Shown here piece after piece: positions 32,976 to 42,252 of a DNA stretch of 64,000 nt. The stretch's first letter is position 1, and each line of letters begins with the position of its first letter. Position numbers and translations under genes: made by a program. The stretch is from an uncultured Methanomassiliicoccales archaeon (lineage in GTDB: Archaea > Thermoplasmatota > Thermoplasmata > Methanomassiliicoccales > UBA472). The stretch covers positions 1,664,001 to 1,728,000 of the forward strand of contig OY968769.1 of NCBI GenBank assembly GCA_963695345.1, written 5' to 3'. Below the pieces are notes generated by a model, which saw nothing but the letters and a program-made list of their open reading frames with translations, was not told the origin of the DNA and made no database searches.

Positions 32976-33602
32976 TTACTCCGATACCTCGGTGGCCACA
33001 TTCCCGTGGGCCTTTTCCTTTTTCGTGATCGAGAATATGGGAAGGATGGCCCTGCCATACACTTCGTTGAGTATCTCTGCTGAAGCGAGGTACAATGCGG
33101 ATGCGCCGCAGATGATGCCCTCATATCCCGCTATGCGGATGATGTCCGGGTTGTTCATGGAGTTGCCCAGACCAAGTAGCACGAAGAGTAGCGTTAAGGA
33201 TGCGAAGACGAAGACCATGACCTTGTTGGTCCTAAGAGTTCCCATCAGCATGACGAAGGTGAATATACCCCACATGAGCAGGAAGGCAGCCAATGCAGAT
33301 TTTTCAGTCGCCGAGCCTATGTGCATATCGGGCAGGATAAGCAGCGCGACCAGCGAGATCCAGAACATACCGTAGGAAGTGAACGCTATCATACCGAAGG
33401 TGTTGCCTAGCTTCCATTCCATCAGGCCGACTATCACCTGGGCAAGCCCACCATAGAACATTCCTATGGCCAGTATCATGCTACCGAGGGCGAAGAATCC
33501 GGCGTTGTGCAGATTCAACAAAATCGTGGTCATCCCGAAACCCATCAATCCCAGCGGGGCGGGATTGGCTATCTTGCTCATACTCGTTTTCAATTCTGCC
33601 AT
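32976..33602 (-). CDS. satP: Acetate uptake transporter (GPR1/FUN34/YaaH, SatP family)
   Basis: ANPAPLGLMGFG, FYGGLAQ, GNTFG, SYGMFW. Confidence 0.92.
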   Translation of the reverse strand: MAELKTSMSKIANPAPLGLMGFGMTTILLNLHNAGFFALGSMILAIGMFYGGLAQVIVGLMEWKLGNTFGMIAFTSYGMFWISLVALLILPDMHIGSATEKSALAAFLLMWGIFTFVMLMGTLRTNKVMVFVFASLTLLFVLLGLGNSMNNPDIIRIAGYEGIICGASALYLASAEILNEVYGRAILPIFSITKKEKAHGNVATEVSE

Positions 33603-33953
33603 TTTAGAACCCTCGTTGCTATGATTCTTGTATATCGAGGTGCGATAGTTTTCTGATAGTTCCGCTATATAACAATCATTCACCTCCGATTCTCATTATC
33701 AAGAATGTAACAATCCATTCCACAAATATACAGTCTTCGATGCAAAACACCTGGGCCATTTTATGGATATTAGAGGATGAGAGAATCAATGGTCGGGATC
33801 AAGATTTCATCAATCGCAGGCAAGGTAAAAGCTGGATTGAAGAATTAGACGCCTAAAAGGCTCAATCGAAGACCGAACCTACCCGATACCTAATGTTCCG
33901 TATCCGTACAAAGGGATATATGCAACAAGCCAAATTGTGATATGGTACCGGGA

Positions 33954-34547
33954 ATGAACGACAACGAAGGGCAGATCGCTGTACATATGGCCCGCCAGGC
34001 CATTGAGGCAGAGACCAAGAATACCGACATGGGGAGTGTCCACGCACCGGTCAATTTCAAGGAGAAGCGCGGTGTCTTCGTCACGCTGTCCACTTATCCC
34101 GACCACGAGCTCAGGGGATGCATAGGCTATCCAGAACCGATATTCTCCCTGGCCAAGGCGATCCTTCAGGCGGCCGAAGGAGCATGTCACGATCCTCGTT
34201 TCCCAACCCTCAAGGCGAAGGAATTGGACGATATAGTCGTCGAGGTGACGGTGCTCACCGCACCGGAGGAGATCAAGATCGCCGACCGGAAGAATCTTCC
34301 AGAGGCGGTCAAGGTCGGGGTTGACGGCCTCATCATGGAGAACGGCCCTTACCGAGGGCTGCTGCTGCCGCAGGTCCCGGTGGAATGGGAGTGGAACTCG
34401 GTGACCTTCCTGGAACAGACCTGCATCAAGGCGGGACTGCTTCCGGACATGTGGCTGGACAAATCCACCAAGGTATACAAGTTCCAGGGGGAGGTCTTCT
34501 CGGAAAGCAACCCGAACGGTCCGGTGCGTCGGAAGGAACTGGTCTGA
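33954..34547 (+). CDS. AMMECR1 / TIGR00296 family protein
   Basis: GVFVTL, LRGCIG, DPRF, GLLLPQV, CIKAGL. Confidence 0.93.
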   Translation: MNDNEGQIAVHMARQAIEAETKNTDMGSVHAPVNFKEKRGVFVTLSTYPDHELRGCIGYPEPIFSLAKAILQAAEGACHDPRFPTLKAKELDDIVVEVTVLTAPEEIKIADRKNLPEAVKVGVDGLIMENGPYRGLLLPQVPVEWEWNSVTFLEQTCIKAGLLPDMWLDKSTKVYKFQGEVFSESNPNGPVRRKELV

Positions 34548-34551
34548 TCCG

Positions 34552-35826
34552 ATGGACCTGATCATCGAGGGTAGGGCCTTTTACAAGGGCATGCTGCAGC
34601 CGGTCTGCGTCGGCATCGACGAGGGGAAGATTGTAGCGATCAAGAAGGTCCTGGCCGGCGAGAACCGCCTGGACTTCAAGGACCGACTCATCCTGCCAGG
34701 GGCCATCGATGTCCATGTCCACCTGCGCGACCCGGGAATGACCCAGAAGGAGGACTTCAGCACCGGGACGCTGGCCGCTGCTTTCGCCGGGGTGACCACG
34801 GTCTTCGATATGCCGAACACCAGCCCGCCGACGCTGATGAAGGAGGATATCGTGAACAAGAGTGAGAACGCCTCATCAAAGGCGTGGGTCGATTTCGGCC
34901 TGTTCGCGGGGATCGATGCCCGGCACGATCCCACCAAGATGAACGCCCACGCGGTCGGCTATAAATTGTTCATGGGCTCGTCCACCGGAAGCCTTCTGAT
35001 GACCAATGATTCCGACATCGCCGGGGCGCTGGCCAAGATATCCGCCACCGGCAAGGTGGTCAGCGTCCATGCCGAGGACGATGCGTACATCGTCCGTTCC
35101 CCGGAAAAGGAGCTCCGCGACCACAACCGGAACCGGCCTCCATCCGCCGAGGTGTCGGCCATTTCCAGACTGTCCAACCTCCACGGGTCGGCCCGGATTA
35201 ATGTCTGCCACGTTTCTTCCAGGGAAGCGTTGACGGCGCTTTCAGGCACCGGTTTCACCAAGGAGGTAACGGTGCACCACATGCTGTTGGACGACACGAT
35301 GCCGCTGGGCGGCCGGGGCAAGGTGAACCCGCCGCTGCGCACCAAGGACGACCGGATGGCGCTGTTGGATGCGTTCACGAAAGGGCAGTTCGATATGCTG
35401 GCTTCCGACCATGCGCCTCACGGTCAGGATGAGAAGTCCGGGGATTTCGACGCCGCGCCGTCCGGCGTTCCCGGGGTCGAGACCTCGGTCCCGATCATGA
35501 TGGCGATGGTGAAGCGGGGGGCTCTGCCCATGGAACGGCTGGTCTCCGCCGCCTGCCAGAGACCGGCCGAGATATTCGGCCTGCCGAAGGGCATGATCGA
35601 GGTGGGGAGGGACGCCGATCTCATGGTCATCGACCCGAAGAATGTCTCCAAGATAAAGGCGAAGAACCTCCACAGCAAGTGTGGTTGGACCCCTTACGAG
35701 GGGTTCGAGGCAATTTTCCCTACCGCTGTGTTTTTAAGGGGGATGGAATTGGTGGGGAACAGTTCTCTTGTCGGAGAACGCAAAGGAAGGGATGTGGTTG
35801 TTGCCGGAAGTTCAGGTCGACCTTAG
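34552..35826 (+). CDS. pyrC: Dihydroorotase
   Basis: DVHVHLRDPG, DMPNT, HAED, KVNPPLR, SDHAPH, GVPGVET. Confidence 0.92.
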   Translation: MDLIIEGRAFYKGMLQPVCVGIDEGKIVAIKKVLAGENRLDFKDRLILPGAIDVHVHLRDPGMTQKEDFSTGTLAAAFAGVTTVFDMPNTSPPTLMKEDIVNKSENASSKAWVDFGLFAGIDARHDPTKMNAHAVGYKLFMGSSTGSLLMTNDSDIAGALAKISATGKVVSVHAEDDAYIVRSPEKELRDHNRNRPPSAEVSAISRLSNLHGSARINVCHVSSREALTALSGTGFTKEVTVHHMLLDDTMPLGGRGKVNPPLRTKDDRMALLDAFTKGQFDMLASDHAPHGQDEKSGDFDAAPSGVPGVETSVPIMMAMVKRGALPMERLVSAACQRPAEIFGLPKGMIEVGRDADLMVIDPKNVSKIKAKNLHSKCGWTPYEGFEAIFPTAVFLRGMELVGNSSLVGERKGRDVVVAGSSGRP

Positions 35827-36925
35827 CGAGCTGCAGGGACGCAGGTTCACGTGCATCGATGGATGCGGGCTATGCTGCCTGTGCCAGCCCGAGCTGTTGC
35901 CCCACGAGGAGAAACCGTTCCGTTCGAAGTTCCCGGATCTGGTGGTGCTCAAGAACGAGCCGCACCGGCACTACGCATTGGCCATGAAGAAGGGAATGGG
36001 CTCTTGCGCCTTCCTCAACGACCGGAGATGCAAGGTGTATAACGATAGGCCGCATTTCTGCGGCGAGTTCCCCTTCCACATCCACGTCGGAATGCGAGCG
36101 CAGGTCCAACTGGACCTCTCCTGCCGGGGCGCCTGGGTAAGCGATGGGGAGGACGCCAAGGCGGTTGGCGCCAAGATCGCCGAGGACGCCAAGGCGGCCA
36201 TCAATCATACGTTATACGAGTCGAGGCGGGTCTACCGCGAGTTCTTTGACAACTGCCACGAGAGCGGAATCGATCCCGACCCGGAGCCGATGCAGGCGCT
36301 GGTCCGGGAGAGGTTGGATAGGATGACCCAGCTCCCCTACCTGGCGGCGGTGCTGGAAGGGTCGGCGGAGGACGAGCAGATCGATCTCAGGAGACTGCGC
36401 GTACCGGCCGAGCTGGACAAGAGCGCGATGCGGGAACTGGAATCGGCCGCGCTGGAAGGCGCGAACGATTCTCTGGGCGCACCGAACGCCTTCGATGCCC
36501 CGGTCTACTGCGACGAGGCGAACCGGTGGAACGTGTTCCTGTCCGAGCACGGGAGGTTCGAACAGTACATAATTAAGGACAGTGGCGACCTGGACCACGT
36601 CCGTTCCGTCGACCCGAACGCCGTGCGGCTGTTGGTGCCGGACGAATCGGGCCGGAAGGTCATGGCTGACTATCTTCGCGTCCTGAACAACCGGGACAGC
36701 ATCATCGGGTCCACCTACTACCTGGTGGACGAGTACGACTATGAGGATTATTTCCCGAACGTGTATCTGGGCGTCCTGTCCACCTCCATGCTCGACATGA
36801 TCTGGAGAGCATCCCTGATCGCGCACGTCAAAGGCACCAAGCTCGATGGCGACGGCGTCAGGGAAGGCATCATCTACTACGACATGGATAGATTGGATGG
36901 GCCCTCGATCGGGGCGTTCATATGA
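35792..36925 (+). CDS. YkgJ family cysteine cluster protein
   Basis: CIDGCGLCCLC, CAFL...CKVY..RP.FC..FPF. Confidence 0.85.
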   Translation: MWLLPEVQVDLSELQGRRFTCIDGCGLCCLCQPELLPHEEKPFRSKFPDLVVLKNEPHRHYALAMKKGMGSCAFLNDRRCKVYNDRPHFCGEFPFHIHVGMRAQVQLDLSCRGAWVSDGEDAKAVGAKIAEDAKAAINHTLYESRRVYREFFDNCHESGIDPDPEPMQALVRERLDRMTQLPYLAAVLEGSAEDEQIDLRRLRVPAELDKSAMRELESAALEGANDSLGAPNAFDAPVYCDEANRWNVFLSEHGRFEQYIIKDSGDLDHVRSVDPNAVRLLVPDESGRKVMADYLRVLNNRDSIIGSTYYLVDEYDYEDYFPNVYLGVLSTSMLDMIWRASLIAHVKGTKLDGDGVREGIIYYDMDRLDGPSIGAFI

Positions 36926-37007
36926 GCCTGGCTCGCATCCAGCGGGACAAGCCCATACGACAAACTACAAATAGTGATGGGGTTATCGGGAAAATCGGTG
37001 TTCGAGC

Positions 37008-37223
37008 ATGCAAAAACCATTGAACGTCCTGAACCAGGCGATCAATAGCCAGGTCATCGTCGAGCTGAAGGGGAACCGCGAGTACCGCGGAGTCCTAGAT
37101 GGCTACGACCCGCACATGAACCTTGTGCTCAAGAACGCTGAAGAGCTGATCAACCACGAGGTTGTAAGAAAGCTCCCCGTCACCATCGTTCGTGGCGACA
37201 ACGTGATTTACATTTCACCATAA
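37008..37223 (+). CDS. Sm-like archaeal protein (Lsm/SmAP1)
   Basis: [26 protein letters not shown]; adjacent to rpl37e. Confidence 0.95.
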   Translation: MQKPLNVLNQAINSQVIVELKGNREYRGVLDGYDPHMNLVLKNAEELINHEVVRKLPVTIVRGDNVIYISP

Positions 37224-37236
37224 GGAAGTGGACTAG

Positions 37237-37404
37237 ATGAGCAAGGGTACAGCATCACACGGAAAAATGGGTGACCGCAAGACCCACATCCCCTGCCGGA
37301 GATGTGGCAACCGGGCGTTTAACATCAGGAAATCTTTCTGCGCGTCCTGCGGATATGGCAAGACAGCAAGACTGAGGACCTATACTTGGGCCAAGCTCCA
37401 CTAA
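37237..37404 (+). CDS. rpl37e: 50S ribosomal protein L37e (not in the ORF track)
   Basis: Hand translation MSKGTASHGKMGDRKTHIPCRRCGNRAFNIRKSFCASCGYGKTARLRTYTWAKLH*. Confidence 0.95.
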   Translation: MSKGTASHGKMGDRKTHIPCRRCGNRAFNIRKSFCASCGYGKTARLRTYTWAKLH

Positions 37405-37415
37405 GTAGTGAGGGG

Positions 37416-38822
37416 ATGTCCATCGAGGACGAGCCAGAAGATCACTGTGGTGTGGTCGGGATGGCTCTGTCCTGCGATGCTCTGCCTTCATTGAAGAAGG
37501 CTCTGCGTATTATTCAACATAGAGGCCAAGAGGCCGCCGGGGTAGCAGTTTTTGACGGCGGTCGCATCCAATACCTGAGAGGGATGGGTCTGGTCCATGA
37601 GGTCTTGACCGGCCGCCCCTATAACGCATTGAGCGGCAACATAGGCATCGGTCACGTCCGCTACTCGACCTCCGGCTCGTCCGTCGCCGAGAACAGCCAG
37701 CCAATTACCGTCACCACCCTAGCCGGAGACCTTGCGTTGGCGCACAACGGCGACATCGTCAATGCCGGCAAGCTGCGGGCCAGGCTTCAAGGGGAAGGCT
37801 GGGCGTTCTTGACCACCTCCGACACCGAGATCATCATCCGGATGATGGCCACCGAGCTGTCCCAGAGTCCGGACCCGATTCGCGCCATCAAGAACGTGAT
37901 GAAGGTCATCGAGGGTTCCTATTCATTGACCGTGATGCTCGGCACTCGCATCTTCGGCGTCCGGGACCCGATGGGCTTCCGCCCGCTGTGCATCGGCAAG
38001 CTGCCGAACGGTTATTCCGTCGCTTCCGAATCTTCGGTCTTCGATGTCCTCCAAGGAGAGATCGTTCGGGATGTGGCACCCGGGGAGATAGTGGAGATCA
38101 CCCCCACCGGGTTCATGTCCAGCAAGACCGTCAGCCCGCCGCACAAGGCCCATTGCATGTTCGAGTGGGTCTACTTCGCCCGCCCCGACGCGGTCATCGA
38201 CGGGAAAGAGGTGTATCAGGTCAGGAAGAGGCTCGGCCACATCCTGGCGGAAGAGCAGCCGGTCGACGCTGACGTCGTCATAGCCGTTCCCGATTCGGGA
38301 CGTGCCCATGCTCTCGGGTTCGCCGAGGTCTCCAAGATCCCCTATGAAGAGGGCTTCATGAAGAACCGGTACATCGAAAGGACGTTCATATTACCAGAGC
38401 AGTCGCAACGTGACGAGGGCGTGCTGCTCAAGCTCAACCCGATCCGTTCGACGGTAAAGGACAAGCGGGTCGTCATCGTGGACGACAGCATCGTCCGGGG
38501 CACCACCATGAGGCGCATCGTCATGATGACGAGGCGTGCCGGGGCCAAAGAGGTCCATGTGCGCATAGGATGCCCTCCGATCAAGGCGCCCTGCTTCTAC
38601 GGCATCGACATGAAGACCCGGGAGCAGTTCGCCGCCACCAACCGCACCTTCGAGGAGATCGCCAAGCTGATCACCGCCGATAGCGTCGGATATACCAGCA
38701 TCAAGGGGTTGGTCAAGGCGCTGGAACTGGACGAGTGCGACCTCTGCATGGCCTGTCTGAACGGCGAATACCCGACCCACATACAGGGCGAGAAGATGCG
38801 GTTCCAGCAACGTCTGGACTGA
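37416..38822 (+). CDS. purF: Amidophosphoribosyltransferase
   Basis: HCGVVG, QHRGQEAAG, GHVRYST, VPDSG, VDDSIVRGTT, FYGIDM. Confidence 0.96.
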   Translation: MSIEDEPEDHCGVVGMALSCDALPSLKKALRIIQHRGQEAAGVAVFDGGRIQYLRGMGLVHEVLTGRPYNALSGNIGIGHVRYSTSGSSVAENSQPITVTTLAGDLALAHNGDIVNAGKLRARLQGEGWAFLTTSDTEIIIRMMATELSQSPDPIRAIKNVMKVIEGSYSLTVMLGTRIFGVRDPMGFRPLCIGKLPNGYSVASESSVFDVLQGEIVRDVAPGEIVEITPTGFMSSKTVSPPHKAHCMFEWVYFARPDAVIDGKEVYQVRKRLGHILAEEQPVDADVVIAVPDSGRAHALGFAEVSKIPYEEGFMKNRYIERTFILPEQSQRDEGVLLKLNPIRSTVKDKRVVIVDDSIVRGTTMRRIVMMTRRAGAKEVHVRIGCPPIKAPCFYGIDMKTREQFAATNRTFEEIAKLITADSVGYTSIKGLVKALELDECDLCMACLNGEYPTHIQGEKMRFQQRLD

Positions 38823-38830
38823 TCCGTCGT

Positions 38831-39547
38831 TCACTTCTTTCCGATGTTCCTGCCGTGGGGGCAGATGTGGACACAGACGCCGCACATCGGTCTCGGCGCC
38901 TCCTTCTCCAGATCTTTGAAGTACTGGTCGCACTTGGCGGCATCGAACCTGGCCTCCCTCGGTTCGTTCTGATCGAACATGCGTCCAGTGAACGCGCTTA
39001 CGGGGCAGGCTTTGACGCATTCCTGGCAGTTGCCGCAGCCCGGGTCCATCGGGGTTCCCGCCATGGGGAACGGATAGTCGGTCAGTATGGTGGTCCACCT
39101 CACCCGGGGCCCGTACTGAGGGGTGATGAGCAGGCAGCTCTTGCCGATCCATCCCAGGCCCGCTAGGTGAGCCGCCATCTTGTGCGAGAACATGGCGCAG
39201 ATACGCTCGTCATCCATCCGTTCCGACGCAGGCACAGGCATACTCTTGTATCCTTCCCTCTGCAGGCGCCCGGCGATCAACAAGGATATCTGGTCCAATT
39301 GCCTGTTGACGACATCATAGGTATGACTGCGGTACATTACCCGGACGCCCCGCTGGGAGCGGTTCGGTACCTGGTCGACGATGGTGTCCAGAAGCCGTAT
39401 GCCCACGGAGATGGCGAAAGGATAGCCGGAGACAAGTTCCCCGCCTTGTCCGACCACTGCCTTCTCGAAGGGACGGAGATCGGCGATCCCGTACAGATCG
39501 GCCTCCATGGAGATCGCCATGGTTCGCAGGTCATCTTCGAATGGCAT
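38831..39547 (-). CDS. 4Fe-4S protein of the epoxyqueuosine reductase / reductive dehalogenase-like family
   Basis: SHKMAAHLAGLGWIGKSCLLITPQYGPRVR, CGNCQECVKACP, CGVCVHICP. Confidence 0.85.
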   Translation of the reverse strand: MPFEDDLRTMAISMEADLYGIADLRPFEKAVVGQGGELVSGYPFAISVGIRLLDTIVDQVPNRSQRGVRVMYRSHTYDVVNRQLDQISLLIAGRLQREGYKSMPVPASERMDDERICAMFSHKMAAHLAGLGWIGKSCLLITPQYGPRVRWTTILTDYPFPMAGTPMDPGCGNCQECVKACPVSAFTGRMFDQNEPREARFDAAKCDQYFKDLEKEAPRPMCGVCVHICPHGRNIGKK

Positions 39548-39669
39548 GCATGGTATTCCGCGTCCCGGTTCATCAATATTGCCCATGGGGATAGGGGACC
39601 GGTCATTATCCGAATCGCCTGGGTCCATGGGAAACTTTAATTAGGGAAATCTCTTTGCCATGCTCTATC

Positions 39670-39742
39670 GGGCTGGTAGATCAGCTGGAAGATCGCTACC
39701 TTGGCATGGTAGAGGCCGCGAGTTCAAATCTCGCCCAGTCCA
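39670..39742 (+). tRNA. tRNA-Ala(GGC)
   Basis: GGGCTGG...CTACC-TT-GGC-AT-GGTAG...TTCAAAT...CCAGTCCA; G3:U70 identity pair. Confidence 0.95.
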
Positions 39743-39782
39743 CTTCTCTATTATTTCTTATCAGACTGCCCTACTGAAGCGT

Positions 39783-40103
39783 TCAGGCGTCCACGAAGAG
39801 GTCCTCTCCTTCGACGATGACCGGGTATGTCTTCTCATCCACCGCCTTCGCGAACGGTATCCAGGGCCCCTTCATGACCTTCCCGTTCCTGATGTCGTAC
39901 TCTGACCCGTGCTTGGGGCATTTGACGACGTAGCTCATCAGTTTCCCGTTCCAGAGCTCTCCCCCCGCATGCGTGCATTTTCCGTTCATGGCATAGTAGC
40001 TGCCATCAACGTTCGCGATGACCAACCACTTTCCCGACACTTGTACCCCTATCATGCGACCGGGAGGGAGGTCCGACTGCCTTGCTACCTTCGTCTTTAC
40101 CAA
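39783..40103 (-). CDS. Rieske 2Fe-2S ferredoxin
   Basis: CTH...CPKHGS.YD. Confidence 0.9.
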   Translation of the reverse strand: MVKTKVARQSDLPPGRMIGVQVSGKWLVIANVDGSYYAMNGKCTHAGGELWNGKLMSYVVKCPKHGSEYDIRNGKVMKGPWIPFAKAVDEKTYPVIVEGEDLFVDA

Positions 40104-40187
40104 CTTAACACCCCAATTGTTACTGTTTAGTCGAGTATATCAAAACAACCTTAGAGGTTTGAACGCAATCGGATCGACGAACGGATA

Positions 40188-40754
40188 TCAAACGAGGGGG
40201 ACCCCCCAACTGCCCTTGAAGAAGTTCTCCCCTATCGGCTTCCGTTCCGGTCGCCTGGTCTCGGACTCGATCTGTTTATCCGAAAGCATTGAAGCGTCCG
40301 TTCCTGGATATCCAATATTGACCAGTGTGATCAGGACGTAATTGTCGGGTATATTGAGGTTCTTCTTCACCGTGAGCGGATCGTATCCAGCGATGGGATG
40401 CGCTATGAGGCCCAGTTCGGTAGCCTGCAGCATCATCTCCCCCACCGCCAATCCACAATTGAAAAGGAAGTAGTCCCTCCGGTCGCTCAGGTGGCAATCG
40501 TCCTCGACGTTGGCGCAAATAGCGAAGATCAGGGGAACCTTCTTCGCGTAGGCGTTCCCCTTGCTGATGGCCACCTTGATCTTTTCCAGCGACTCCCCGT
40601 CGTTCGCCACAACGACCCGCCATGGCTGGTTGTTATTGCATGAGGGTGACAACCGCATCGCTTCTATGAGGAGCATGATCTTCTCCTCCTCTATCGGACG
40701 GGTGTCGAACTTCCTGGTGGCCCTGCGCCTATTGATCGCTTCCCTTACTTCCAT
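40188..40754 (-). CDS. Nitroreductase family protein
   Basis: RRATRKF, SPSCNNNQPW, LQATELGL, IGYP, RPERK. Confidence 0.9.
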   Translation of the reverse strand: MEVREAINRRRATRKFDTRPIEEEKIMLLIEAMRLSPSCNNNQPWRVVVANDGESLEKIKVAISKGNAYAKKVPLIFAICANVEDDCHLSDRRDYFLFNCGLAVGEMMLQATELGLIAHPIAGYDPLTVKKNLNIPDNYVLITLVNIGYPGTDASMLSDKQIESETRRPERKPIGENFFKGSWGVPLV

Positions 40755-40864
40755 CTCGTTCTCCCTCGATGATTCATGGACAGGTGTTCCCGATAATGGT
40801 TACGGCTCCACCGGGACTTGGACATCAAGCAACTATTAATATTCTGTACATATAATCAATCCCT

Positions 40865-41386
40865 ATGGCTTTGTCCGAAATCGTTACTATTAACAATGTA
40901 GCGCTGGCACTCGTTCTGGGCGGTGTGCTTGCGATATTCACTGCACTTTATGGCAAGAAGGAAAAGTCCCTGCTTGACGAAATGCTGATGATCATCGGGT
41001 TCTTCTTCGGCGCATTCCTAGTCTTCCTGGGCGTCCAAGCGGTATTGATGACGCCTCGGCCAATCGCGTTGGCCGGAATCGCGATCACTCTGGCACTGGG
41101 CCTCTCGATGTTCCTCAAGCCGCTGCGCAAGATTCCTTTCTCAATGATCATCTCATTGATCTCGGGCGGGGTCGTGGCATACTTCCTGATCAAGCTGAAT
41201 CTCAGCGCCACCTGGGTCCTGGTCATAGCCTTGGTGGTCATGGCGATTGTATGGATAACGCTGAAGTTCCTGGGCATCGGGGCCAGGATCGCAGGATGGA
41301 TACTTTCGGCCAGGCCGATCATGCTCATTGTGGGCGTCATCGGGCTGATCGAAGGGGTCCTTCTCTGGATGGGAAACACGCTCTGA
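40865..41386 (+). CDS. Hypothetical multi-pass membrane protein
   Basis: About six hydrophobic segments. Confidence 0.75.
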   Translation: MALSEIVTINNVALALVLGGVLAIFTALYGKKEKSLLDEMLMIIGFFFGAFLVFLGVQAVLMTPRPIALAGIAITLALGLSMFLKPLRKIPFSMIISLISGGVVAYFLIKLNLSATWVLVIALVVMAIVWITLKFLGIGARIAGWILSARPIMLIVGVIGLIEGVLLWMGNTL

Positions 41387-41440
41387 AGCCTAGATTCCCG
41401 TAAACCTTTAAATGAGGGCAGGCATATCCAAGCCTCACGC

Positions 41441-41575
41441 GGGCCTGTGGCTTAGCATGGATATAGCACTGGCCTTCTACTCCTTGCCTTCCGGTAAGAG
41501 AAGCAAGTCAGTGGTCTCGGGTTCGAATCGACCGATCCTCCGGGTTCGGTCGCGAAAATCCCGACAGGCCCGCCA
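41441..41575 (+). tRNA. tRNA-Arg(TCT) with two introns: 37/38 (41480-41505) and T-loop 59/60 (41528-41558); CCA encoded
   Basis: Removing both inserts restores a cloverleaf; both have bulge-helix-bulge junctions; TATA TTTAAAT at about 41407. Confidence 0.88.
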
Positions 41576-41630
41576 ATAGGGAAACATTGATAAGTGCTAA
41601 TGGAATCAGGGCAAGAAATCTGGTGTTCAA

Positions 41631-41738
41631 ATGAAGAGAAGTTCACGCGCCTGGAAGAAAAGAGGCAAGCAGCGCTGGAAATGGCGCAAGAAGAAGATGC
41701 GGCGCCGGAAGCGGGCACAGAAGATGCGCAAGGCTTAA
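41631..41738 (+). CDS. rpl41e: Ribosomal protein L41e/eS32-like basic peptide (not in the ORF track)
   Basis: Hand translation MKRSSRAWKKRGKQRWKWRKKKMRRRKRAQKMRKA*; RWKWRKK.MRR motif. Confidence 0.85.
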   Translation: MKRSSRAWKKRGKQRWKWRKKKMRRRKRAQKMRKA

Positions 41739-41750
41739 ATCTGACCAAGT

Positions 41751-41925
41751 GGGGGTGTGGGGTAACACGGTATCCTCGCGGGCTCCAGTTAATTGGGAAT
41801 GATTGCTAACGGGTTTGCTGATCCGGTGATGAATAACTGGAGCGATGACCCATTAGTTCGCGCAGGGTAGCTCCCTGCGTAGAAGAAACCCGCTGATCTG
41901 GGTTCAAATCCCAGCGCCCCCACCA
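41751..41925 (+). tRNA. tRNA-Trp(CCA) with 99-nt intron (41789-41887); CCA encoded
   Basis: GGGGGTG...GCGGG-CT-CCA-G[intron]A-CCCGC...CTGGGTTCAAATCCCAGCGCCCCCACCA. Confidence 0.92.
41789..41887 (+). ncRNA. Intron-encoded box C/D guide RNA predicted to direct Cm34 and Cm39 of tRNA-Trp
   Basis: C AATGATT, guide CGGGTTT, D' CTGA, C' GTGATGA, guide TAACTGGAGC, D ATGA; the N+5 rule lands on C39 and C34. Confidence 0.85.
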
Positions 41926-42252
41926 ATCTTACTGGATAGAGTAATTCTTAGCCCCTTCTTTTTCAATCGGGGCTCAAGCTGTCACATCCCAGAGCACGTC
42001 CCTAATACGCTCAAGTCTTGTTCTGAACATCGAAAGATTATTCCTGCATCCTTGACCGAGCCATGACCTTCGGTCCAGGTGGTCGCTATTGCAGGCGGCA
42101 GGTCGCATCGTTGGGGCTGCTAAGATCTCCTCCACCCCTTACCGAGATAATGTCCTGGCTCTCTTCCAGTAAGTTTGTGATGGTCTAGCTCGGATTTCGC
42201 AGTCCATATTTTGATATAGCTCCGGGTCGCCTGTTACAATTGGTGCAGGCTC

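Noticed and set aside
30349-33375. Long antisense ORFs (30349..31599 and 32230..33375; similarly 14530..15723, 47267..48148, 48133..49500)
   Set aside because: Shadow ORFs of real genes in GC-rich DNA, with no recognisable motifs.
41594-41809. 71-aa ORF in the ORF track between the tRNAs
   Set aside because: Overlaps the L41e-like gene in another frame and runs into tRNA-Trp.
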